Source of the DNA: Bdellovibrionota bacterium
Lineage (GTDB): Bacteria > Bdellovibrionota_C > UBA2361
Length of the DNA stretch: 64,000 bases
Assembly (NCBI GenBank): GCA_044352465.1
Contig: JBILDU010000001.1
Span: forward strand, 88,618-152,617
Reading direction: 5' to 3'
In this document: one piece after another, positions 41,850 through 50,226 of the stretch
How the letters are laid out: every line of letters starts with the position of its first letter
Numbering within the stretch: the stretch's first letter is position 1
Notes under the pieces: generated by a model
What the model was told of the DNA's origin: nothing
Databases searched by the model: none
Seen by the model: the letters and a program-made list of their open reading frames with translations, nothing else
Made by a program: the position numbers and the translations under genes

Positions 41850-42970
41850 TGTCCGTTGACCGCGAACGGTTTAGCCGCCAGATAATGCTCCCCGAGTTCG
41901 GAGAGGTTGGGCAGCGCCGTCTTTTAGACGCGAGCGTCCTTGTTGTTGGCGCGGGCGGACTTGGAAGCCCGGTGCTCCTGTACCTTGCGGCAGCGGGTGT
42001 TGGACGGATCGGGATTGTTGATGGCGATACGGTGGCGGTGCATAACCTCCACCGTCAGGTGCTCTTTCATGATAACGATATTGGGAGCAAAAAGGCGGAG
42101 TGTGCCGCACGGGAGGTCTCAGCCATTTTCCCCGGTGGTCGGGTCGATATCGTTTCAGCTCCGTTAACACCAGAGAACGCGCGCGAGGTGGTTGCCCCGT
42201 ACGATCTTCTGGTCGACGGGACCGATAATTTCTCCACCCGGTATCTCGTCAATGACGTCTGCGTTGAGCTTCAAAAGCCGTGGGTATCGGGAGCTGTGTT
42301 TAGATTTTCAGGGCAGGTAACGGTTTTTAACGTGCTCCAAAAAAACGGTGCACGGGGTCCCACCTATCGGTGCCTGTTTCCCGAGCCCCCGGCACCGGAG
42401 AAGGTGCCGGGATGTGGAGAGAGCGGTGTCCTCGGCGTTGTCCCTGGTGTCGTGGGCACCGTCATGGCGTCTGAGGCTGTAAAGCTCCTCGCTGGGATCG
42501 GTGATGTTCTCTCGGGGAAGCTCTGGACCTTCGATGCGCTTACCAATGCGAGCCGAACGGTCGAGTTTGAGCGAGAGGACGCCGCTGGTGCTGCCCGAGT
42601 GAAGAGTGCTGAAGAGTATCGATATCTGTGTGGAGTAAAGACGGAGGCAACAATGAAAGAGATTACCCCGAGGGAGCTTAAAGCGAAGCTCGATGCGAAA
42701 GAGGATTTTACCCTTATCGATGTGCGCGAACCATTTGAGCGGGATATCGCTACGATCGGTGGAGTTTCGATTCCCCTGGCTGAGGTCGTAAATCGGGCAG
42801 GAGAGATACCCAAAGATAAACCGGTGGTGATCTATTGCCGTAGCGGCGGGCGAAGTGGCCGCGCATGCGCTGAGCTTGAACAGCGGTTTCAGTTTAAAAA
42901 TCTTATTAACCTTGCAGGTGGAATCCTACGGTGGAGCGACGATGTCGATCCGGCGGTGAAAAAATATTGA
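41849..42970 (+). CDS. thiF: ThiF/MoeB adenylyltransferase with a C-terminal rhodanese domain
   Basis: RFSRQ, GAGGLG, NLHRQ, DGTDNF..RY, YRCLFP, rhodanese DVREP..YCRSGGRS. Confidence 0.88.
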   Translation: MSVDRERFSRQIMLPEFGEVGQRRLLDASVLVVGAGGLGSPVLLYLAAAGVGRIGIVDGDTVAVHNLHRQVLFHDNDIGSKKAECAAREVSAIFPGGRVDIVSAPLTPENAREVVAPYDLLVDGTDNFSTRYLVNDVCVELQKPWVSGAVFRFSGQVTVFNVLQKNGARGPTYRCLFPEPPAPEKVPGCGESGVLGVVPGVVGTVMASEAVKLLAGIGDVLSGKLWTFDALTNASRTVEFEREDAAGAARVKSAEEYRYLCGVKTEATMKEITPRELKAKLDAKEDFTLIDVREPFERDIATIGGVSIPLAEVVNRAGEIPKDKPVVIYCRSGGRSGRACAELEQRFQFKNLINLAGGILRWSDDVDPAVKKY

Positions 42971-42979
42971 GGCTTCGCC

Positions 42980-43320
42980 TCACAGCCGAAATCCAGCGCT
43001 CTTCGGATATTTTGCGATCGGAATGGGGATCGAGAGTCTCAGCCGCCCCAACTCTCGTCGTACGTAATCCCAATCGAACTCAATCGTGCTGAAGAGGATG
43101 TCCTTTAAGTCATCGAGATCTTGAAAGGGGAATAAACCCCACCACCGGTCGAAGACCCAACTTCCGAATAACCCGCTCAGCGGTTTTCAGTGAGTCCTTG
43201 GGTTTCTCCGTCACCGATGCGAAATCGACATCCCGTGTGCCCCGCGCCTGAGTGCGATAAAGACTCCCCGCGTGTCCAACCACGAGGCAGTACCGGGCGT
43301 TGGGGCTCTCGACAACAGCA
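42980..43320 (-). pseudogene. Internally deleted, frameshifted nucleotidyltransferase remnant (AbiEii/DUF6036-like)
   Basis: Start-less frame YCLVVGHAGSLYRTQARGTRDVDF ending at TGA 43112-43110; second frame FQDLDDLKDIL...DWDYV ending at TGA 42982-42980. Confidence 0.6.
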
Positions 43321-43579
43321 ATTCATATGCTTTGAGGAATGCGGCGATAGCAGCTCGGTCGGTGTCGCCGCAGGTGAGCGCAAAACACCGTCGATTCCCT
43401 CGCCTGGTCTCTGTGAGAAGCCCCGCTTCCAAGAGCCGGCGAAGGATGTCCGAGACCCCGGAGGGGGAGAGCTTATACTCATGAGCTAGGGCCCGTAGAT
43501 GCCGGGGCTCGGGAGCGTAGGAAGTCGACAAGGGAAGCGGGCATACAAATAATGTCCGATTTATCGAACAGTATGGCAA
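43211..43579 (-). pseudogene. Winged-HTH protein, probably a truncated antitoxin/regulator running into the remnant
   Basis: HLRALAHEYKLSPSGVSDILRRLLEAGLLTETRRGNRRCF wHTH signature; C-terminus overlaps the NTase fragment out of frame. Confidence 0.55.
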
Positions 43580-43884
43580 GGATGCGAACGGCGCTCTGAC
43601 CCGAGCTGGTCGTCGCTCATAGAGTCAACGGTGCAAAAAGAGCGAGCTTTGACTCGACATGAGAGAAATCACTCCGATATGGACACACGGAGTATGGTTA
43701 CTCAATGAATTGATCGCTATCTCTGCGTGGGCCGGCGTGGATGCTTTAGTGGCTGGTAGGCATGAACTGCAGACAGTCGACGCCACAACCAAAACGAGAA
43801 TGGTCGGTGAAATAGAGAGATCAAGATTTCCAGAACAAAACCTTCAACAAACGAGAGCAGTCACAACAAGAGGGATCACCACCT

Positions 43885-43941
43885 CTCACCGAGGGCACCG
43901 GGGTTCGACGTATCGCTACGTGAACCCCGGTGCGTGGTGAG
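43885..43941 (-). terminator. Long 3' hairpin after the CsrA-like gene
   Basis: GCACCGGGGTTC/GAACCCCGGTGC stem, ACGTA-GCGA-TACGT GNRA cap on the minus strand, outer CTCACC/GGTGAG; no immediate U-tract. Confidence 0.55.
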
Positions 43942-43959
43942 TCCTCCAGCCGGTATCGC

Positions 43960-44304
43960 TCAGTGGATACCGGGGAAGTTCGATTGACTTCCCACGATCG
44001 CCGCACGGAGAACCGGATTGGTGGATGTGGGGGTCCTCCCAATCAGCTCGTTGCGGATGATGGGGATCTCGATGGGAGCGTTCACGAGAACCATGACCTT
44101 CTTGGGATGAATCTCGGCGATCCCGATCGAGATTTCCGCGAACATGAACGTGTCGCCGGCGCCGACAGTTGTCTCGATGTGGAAACCCCTGGGCTCCTTC
44201 GTCTTGACGATGCTGATGCGAGCGAATCTCGTTCCGACCGATAGGATCTTCAGCGTGTACTCTCCGATGAAAATCTTCTCCCCCGTCCGACGCGTAAGCT
44301 TCAT
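43960..44304 (-). CDS. CsrA-like protein with two tandem CsrA-type modules
   Basis: MKLTRRTGEKIFIG..TLKIL.V...ARI.I, then VGAGDTF...ISI.I.EI..KKV.V.VNAP.EIPIIRNEL; GGAGG RBS before ATG 44304. Confidence 0.7.
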   Translation of the reverse strand: MKLTRRTGEKIFIGEYTLKILSVGTRFARISIVKTKEPRGFHIETTVGAGDTFMFAEISIGIAEIHPKKVMVLVNAPIEIPIIRNELIGRTPTSTNPVLRAAIVGSQSNFPGIH

Positions 44305-44691
44305 ACGAACCTCCATGTCTGAACCACCTTCGCCTCTGTCACATCGTGTGGCAGAATCCATGCGAAAGTTCGCTCGGCGCTGAGGCCCTCTCGACCTTAA
44401 CAGCGAACGAACTCCCCCATGGAGCGAAACCCTTCTACCCAGAAATCTTGACCATGCAATTTTAAGCGTAATGATTCCGCTAAGCAAATCGGGTGGATGG
44501 GTGATTTTATTCGAGCTATTTGACTAAGTTTACCTCAGCTCGTACTCTCGTTTCCGTTGGACTGAAATGGGTAGCGTAGGTCCACGTTTGATTCCTCTCG
44601 GCGAGTGGGTTGCCCCCCACCCAAGCCTTGGTGAAATCGTTGAAACCGAAGGTAACTTCGGCTCGATTCGTCATGTGTTTTGGAGTGGTGC

Positions 44692-47600
44692 ATGTTCGGC
44701 AACGCGTTCGGCAGTCAGAGCTCTCCGGTAAATCTCCACGGTATCGAATTATCTTTCTTGAAAGGTGCGTGGTGCTCCAGCTTCGCTGTGTTTTTCGGTC
44801 TCTTTTTTAGTGGGGCTGTCGAGGCCTCCCCCCCCATCTCTGGTACCCCAACAGCGCCGAGCTGCAGCAGTGCTGGGTTTGATCTCGCGCGGCGATATTG
44901 CTGTTGTAAGCCCCGTCATATCGGGTTTGCGGTAGCTGAAAATCTCCTAGCGGAAGGGGTTTTTTCAGAGGCGACTACGCTCGCACCTCCGAGAGGTGTG
45001 TCGAAACCGATCGCGTTTCTATGCCGGAATGCCAATCCGTGGGAGAGCCCCACAGCGCCGCTCAATCCAGCGACAAGCGCGTCATCGTTGAATGCTGCCG
45101 GAGCGCTCTGCCGTTGCGATCCAGCAACCGCTAATCGCTACTGTGATGGGCCGACTCCTACTCCCACGCCGTCGCCAACCCCAACACGAACGCCGACACC
45201 GACGCCGACAAGCACCCCGACGCCCACCCCCACACCAATAGTGACTCTCTCTCCATCGCCCGAACCGGAGGTGACCGTGACCCCACCGCCGGTGGTGACT
45301 ATCGATCCTGGAAATGATCAAAGCCCCAATTGCGAGATATCGGGGCGTGTTCCGACGCCGCTCCCACGGCCGGCTCTTCGCCTCACGGAGCGCAGGCTCC
45401 GGGCGTGGAGCGATGTAGGAAACCGCTCGGACATCGAGTCGTCCGCAGAGCCGGAACGCTCAGCAGTCGAGGAATGGGGAGCTTGGGGGGGGCCGGGACG
45501 GGTCGTGATGGTTGGGCGGTACGATAGTAACTATAACGGGCTGCCCGACTTTTTAGACGGGATAGAGGGAATTGAGAGCCTCGATCGGATCCGACAACAG
45601 AATGGCATTCCGCGCAGCTCGACGAGCCGTCACTTCGTGATGATCGAGGTTGAGATCGAGGGGGGAGCACCGGCAGCCTACTACGTGCCGGATCGGATGG
45701 CGCCGGGTGGGGAGCGGATTGAGTCGCCGAGCTTACGCATCGACTACAGTGGTTCGCCCCTTCTCCCGGACCCAATCGGGTGTCCTTTTTTTCGGGGGCT
45801 TCAGGCCGCGTGGGGGTCCTCGGGTGTGACGTGGGGGGGGTACGATGAGCGTGTTGCCTCGACCCTCGCAGACTGTGGACTATCCTCCGGTGGTTGGCGG
45901 GTTTGGACTAAAAACGGACAGTATCTTCGAGATGCGCGCTCAGTCCCCGCTGGTGGAGATTACGTCCCCTCAGGGATCGAGATCCCTCTCCACAATCTTG
46001 ATACCTCGGGGAATCGGGTCCGATTTTACGTTGAAGCTACCCCGCTGGGAGAGTTAGCTCGCGATTTCGATATCACGCTTCGTTATGGGCGAGTGATATC
46101 GGGAGACACGTTACCGCGGGAGTCGGTATCACACGAGCGGGTTAGCCTTCTACCGGTGGATCTTATCTATCAGGATGCGCGGACACACGGGCCGATCTGG
46201 GTCTCGCCTGAAGACGGATCCCGCGACCCTGAGGGTGAGGTGAGACTAGCACTCGACCGAACTTTCGCGCCGCGACTCCCGGCCCTCTCACCGTCATGGA
46301 GCGCTATCGATGCCGATTCGGGTGCATTCCTCGTTCAAGGAGCGCTTACCGATGGAGCTTCGCTTATCAGTATCGCGCTGCAAGAGCGTTTGGAGGGGCG
46401 TTACCAAGGGGGGGGCAATCCACTTCGCCGTTACGCAACTTGGGCGGATGACAATGGGAACCAGCACTGTTACACCCCGTTTGAAGATAATGTTTTCCTT
46501 GGTATTCGCCGTAAGGGTGGTCCGCTTCAAGGCGAGGAGCAGCCGGCTAATCTGCCGAATGTGTACGGTGGCTTCCATCCGCCGATCGGACCACATGGGG
46601 AGCTTAATCTCTTACCAAGGATGCCGATGCCGAGCGACTCCGCGACCGCAGAGGAGTGGGGATACTCGACGAGGATCAATCTGGGGAGTGGTATCCGACC
46701 CCAACGGTACCCCGTTTTGAATGCGATCGGGGGATATTACCTCCCACCCAATAACTTTATCTCGGGTCTCGCGCCGGGTGATAACGACTCTCGATACGGT
46801 GGTGGTTCGATCGTGCTTGAGCGCTCGGTCAATCAACCGGAGGAGGTTGCGCCGATGGAAGTGGTGCTCTACCGACGGGTAGGGAGCCGAGTCGTTGTAT
46901 TAGAGGTTCAGCCGTTCTATCTTCGGCGGCCTCCGGTGGTGTTGGTGCACGGCATGAACGGTGATGGTCGGGATTACTGGCCGTGGGATCTGTGGGCCGA
47001 GCGTAATCCCACGCATCTAGACGGCTTACCAACCCGGATCTATCGCGCTGACTACAGTTTCTCGGCAGGGCTCGGCTATACCGAGAATTTTACCGCGGTG
47101 CCAAAAGCGATTCAGCAAGCGCTTGTGGAGTACCGTTGGGCTTACGACAACACCTTTGTTCCACCCCCTGATGCAACCGGACCTGTTGAGCCTCCCTTCG
47201 ATCCGCCGGCGGTGATGCCCCATCCTTCTTTCGGATTTTATGGGGACTCACACCGGGTCTATGCGTGGCACCGACCGGAGCGTGCGTTTAAGGGGATCAA
47301 CTACGCAGCCACCCGGGTTGATGTTGTAGCCCATAGTATGGGGGGACAACTGGTTCGCACCTATGTCTCGAATCTTGGTGATAACACCGGTATGACCGGT
47401 GTAACACGTGCCCATCCCGATACCCGCCGAAAGCCGAGAGGGGCTGTGGATTTCTCGATGCCGGCAGCGTTAATCCCAGGCACCGGAGTGCCTGGCATTC
47501 CGGCGCGGTTCCAGAACCTACGACTGCAGATCCCACCGCGGATTGACCGAAGCGGGGATAGTTGGACTTTCTGGTACGCCGCGGATCTTGAGGCCTCTCG

Positions 47601-48606
47601 GTTGCAGATACCGAAGTATCAGCGAAGTTTTAACTATGGAACCGGAGATATTCGGCGGTTTATTCCGATCGGCTCGCCTTTTAAAGGTGCTCCCGCTGCG
47701 TGGATCACTGAGCGGGCCTACTCACCATCTCAAAGAACTTTTTGGAATACTATTCTAAGCCAGTACGGTGGCTCTTCGGCAGCCGCTCAGTGGCTCAAAG
47801 ATAACAATTTGGTAGATCGGAGGTCGAGTTTTCCGCTCTATCCGACCTGCCATGCCGATCTTGTGCCGGGCAGTCGGATCCAATCTCTTCTTGAGGAGGA
47901 AAACCGGTATCCAGAGGGCCGCTATAGCGTGAGTTGGTCGCCGATCGTTGGACAAGCTATGCGTCATCACGCGATCGAGTTGTCTCGACTAGGGATGTCC
48001 GCGTTTGTTGTTGAACGGTGCGATCCATTCTGTGTCCAGCCATGGGAAGTTGCGTGGCAGCAGCTCATGACGTCGATCTATGGAACTCCGGATATCAGCG
48101 AAAGTTGGTATCCCAACGGTACCCATGACGATATGGTCGTGCCGGGCTTTTCCCAACGCAATGCTGGGATCGGCAGCCGGCTTGTACGGACATATGAGTA
48201 TGGGGATTACGAAGACCAAGGTGGCAGGCGGATCATCGTCGATGAATGGGATACGATCTTCCCCCAGGTTAGTGCGGATTCAGAGTGGATCACCGGCTCG
48301 CGCGAGTACCCAAATTCCGGGCTCGGTACTACCGTTGTGGAGCTACCCCATAGTCGGTCCCGTGTCATGCAACTACGGCTGTTAAGCGATCTTCAACAGA
48401 TACTTGGTCTTGAGAGCATGTTCTCTTCGGATCTCCTCGAGGCCCAAAACGGTGGGCGGTTCACCCCGAATGGGTGGGACTATCGCGAGAGTTCCCTCTT
48501 GAGGATGGTTCTCGAAACGCTCCGTGGCGCCGAGGGATTACCGACCAACGTCGCGGACTCATCTGCTGGCCCAGCCGGCATGAGTCGTAATTCACTAGGA
48601 CGGTAA
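44692..48606 (+). CDS. Large secreted multidomain protein with a C-terminal alpha/beta hydrolase (lipase/esterase) domain
   Basis: Signal-like N-terminus, Cys cluster, PT linker, PPVVLVHGMNG, VDVVAHSMGG, IGSPFKG, DDMVVP..SQ. Confidence 0.75.
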   Translation: MFGNAFGSQSSPVNLHGIELSFLKGAWCSSFAVFFGLFFSGAVEASPPISGTPTAPSCSSAGFDLARRYCCCKPRHIGFAVAENLLAEGVFSEATTLAPPRGVSKPIAFLCRNANPWESPTAPLNPATSASSLNAAGALCRCDPATANRYCDGPTPTPTPSPTPTRTPTPTPTSTPTPTPTPIVTLSPSPEPEVTVTPPPVVTIDPGNDQSPNCEISGRVPTPLPRPALRLTERRLRAWSDVGNRSDIESSAEPERSAVEEWGAWGGPGRVVMVGRYDSNYNGLPDFLDGIEGIESLDRIRQQNGIPRSSTSRHFVMIEVEIEGGAPAAYYVPDRMAPGGERIESPSLRIDYSGSPLLPDPIGCPFFRGLQAAWGSSGVTWGGYDERVASTLADCGLSSGGWRVWTKNGQYLRDARSVPAGGDYVPSGIEIPLHNLDTSGNRVRFYVEATPLGELARDFDITLRYGRVISGDTLPRESVSHERVSLLPVDLIYQDARTHGPIWVSPEDGSRDPEGEVRLALDRTFAPRLPALSPSWSAIDADSGAFLVQGALTDGASLISIALQERLEGRYQGGGNPLRRYATWADDNGNQHCYTPFEDNVFLGIRRKGGPLQGEEQPANLPNVYGGFHPPIGPHGELNLLPRMPMPSDSATAEEWGYSTRINLGSGIRPQRYPVLNAIGGYYLPPNNFISGLAPGDNDSRYGGGSIVLERSVNQPEEVAPMEVVLYRRVGSRVVVLEVQPFYLRRPPVVLVHGMNGDGRDYWPWDLWAERNPTHLDGLPTRIYRADYSFSAGLGYTENFTAVPKAIQQALVEYRWAYDNTFVPPPDATGPVEPPFDPPAVMPHPSFGFYGDSHRVYAWHRPERAFKGINYAATRVDVVAHSMGGQLVRTYVSNLGDNTGMTGVTRAHPDTRRKPRGAVDFSMPAALIPGTGVPGIPARFQNLRLQIPPRIDRSGDSWTFWYAADLEASRLQIPKYQRSFNYGTGDIRRFIPIGSPFKGAPAAWITERAYSPSQRTFWNTILSQYGGSSAAAQWLKDNNLVDRRSSFPLYPTCHADLVPGSRIQSLLEEENRYPEGRYSVSWSPIVGQAMRHHAIELSRLGMSAFVVERCDPFCVQPWEVAWQQLMTSIYGTPDISESWYPNGTHDDMVVPGFSQRNAGIGSRLVRTYEYGDYEDQGGRRIIVDEWDTIFPQVSADSEWITGSREYPNSGLGTTVVELPHSRSRVMQLRLLSDLQQILGLESMFSSDLLEAQNGGRFTPNGWDYRESSLLRMVLETLRGAEGLPTNVADSSAGPAGMSRNSLGR
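45151..45237 (+). repeat. Pro-Thr low-complexity linker repeat
   Basis: PTPTPTPSPTPTRTPTPTPTSTPTPTPTP encoded by CCN-ACN hexamers. Confidence 0.85.
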
Positions 48607-48621
48607 TAAGCGAGGGGTTGT

Positions 48622-50121
48622 ATGAGGAACGACACTGTTACGAAAGCAGCTTTATTCGCCGCGGGCGGTACGACCTTGGCCTCGTTGGGATTCGGTGCGT
48701 TTCATGAACGGAGCGTCCATGGCCCAGACTTCACCGCGAATCATGAGGCCTATCCGAGGAGCGTAACAACGCACGGTGAGCCGATAGCTCGCTCCCGTAC
48801 CTCGCCCGGCGCCTTGGGACTCACGATGGCGGGGGTTGCGGGTATCGAGCGACTCTACGGCGACCGGTCGGAGTTGGCTCAGGAGCTCATCGCGACGACA
48901 ACCCTGCAGGGTAAGATCGGTGCGACGTTGGCGCGGCTGAAACGGGCCTACAGCGAGGGAATAGAGCGAGGGGACCGTACCGGTGTCATTGAGGAGACGC
49001 AACGACTGGAGCGATTAGTTTCGACCCTCGACCGGACCGTGCTTGCGATACCACTCGACCCCAGTGGTGATAGAGCAAAGACGGTGGGAAGTGCGTTACA
49101 AGGGGTAGTCGTGCCATCTCCGTCAACGCCGAACTGGCACGATCTGATAGTGAGCTGTGAGAAGATCGAAGCGCGGCTACTCCCCCATGGGAGTCCCGAT
49201 GTGGGGCTCTCTATCGATAGCACACTGTCGAATCTGAGAGATCAGCTCGGGATGTTAACACGCCCAGACTATTTACCGAGTGATAACAAAACTGCGCCGA
49301 GTAGTATGAGTATGTATGCTGCGGTACGGCTCGGGAACTCGGTGCCCGGTATCTCGACCGTACGATGGCTTATCTTGCCCCATGCGACGGTGGCGCAAGA
49401 GCTGCAGGGGCTCATGCGCCAACTGGGTGCTGATCGCGAGCTCCTGGTGAGATGGTCTAAAGATAGTAGCCAATTTGCATCGATGTGGGGGGAGCTATCC
49501 CCGATCGGGCGAGAGTATGTGTCTGTTCAATCGCTCGCGCTCGCTGACGGAACCAAAGCGCCGACTCGCGTCACCGTGGTCTCACCCGACGAGCGGTATC
49601 TGCTTGAGGCAGGCAAGGAATACGCCCGCACTCGGGAGGACTTATTTCGAGCCTATCGAGAACTTATGAACCCGGCCGATGGAGGATTCGCCGATAATGA
49701 ATTCGATGTACAGCACGTCGTTGAGCGGGCGTCGAAGCTGCGGGATGACTTCGTCCGGTCTCTCCCGAAGACCTCAACCCGATACCTCGAACAGTTATCG
49801 ATGGCCATCACCGCTCAAGATCGCGAGGCGTGTCTGACCGGAGCGAATACGTTAATGACTGAGACATTCCCCGAGGGGCCGATGGTGAGAGCTGAGATCG
49901 AATCAGCCCGTGAAACTCTCGCAGCGGTCATCACAGCGCTCGAAGGAGACACAGCGAAGGGAGCTCCTATCGCGATCGGACTGGCGAGCACCATCACGTG
50001 GGCGAGGCAATGCCTCGATCCCGCCGCTGAGAATTCGTTTTCTGCGGTGAAGTCCGGCACAGTTGAGCGGAGTCTCGAACTCGCCCGAGATGCGACGATG
50101 CGGAGCTTCATTCGGCCGTGA
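48622..50121 (+). CDS. Hypothetical helical protein with an N-terminal hydrophobic anchor
   Basis: 499-aa ORF 15 bp after the lipase gene, GAGGGG RBS. Confidence 0.6.
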   Translation: MRNDTVTKAALFAAGGTTLASLGFGAFHERSVHGPDFTANHEAYPRSVTTHGEPIARSRTSPGALGLTMAGVAGIERLYGDRSELAQELIATTTLQGKIGATLARLKRAYSEGIERGDRTGVIEETQRLERLVSTLDRTVLAIPLDPSGDRAKTVGSALQGVVVPSPSTPNWHDLIVSCEKIEARLLPHGSPDVGLSIDSTLSNLRDQLGMLTRPDYLPSDNKTAPSSMSMYAAVRLGNSVPGISTVRWLILPHATVAQELQGLMRQLGADRELLVRWSKDSSQFASMWGELSPIGREYVSVQSLALADGTKAPTRVTVVSPDERYLLEAGKEYARTREDLFRAYRELMNPADGGFADNEFDVQHVVERASKLRDDFVRSLPKTSTRYLEQLSMAITAQDREACLTGANTLMTETFPEGPMVRAEIESARETLAAVITALEGDTAKGAPIAIGLASTITWARQCLDPAAENSFSAVKSGTVERSLELARDATMRSFIRP

Positions 50122-50226
50122 CTTCGGCGAGCTCAGTCTCACGGAGCTCGAAAGCAGAGATGCCGAAGAAGCGAGCACTCGGCCCCCCGGACCGATGTTG
50201 AGATAAAAAACTTTCCGCTCGAAGCA

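Noticed and set aside
43873..43886. GGATCACCACCTCT resembling the 16S rRNA 3' end
   Set aside because: Short match with two mismatches and no other rRNA sequence around it
43659..43940. 93-aa plus-strand ORF
   Set aside because: No RBS or motif, and it runs through the 3' hairpin of the opposite-strand CsrA-like gene
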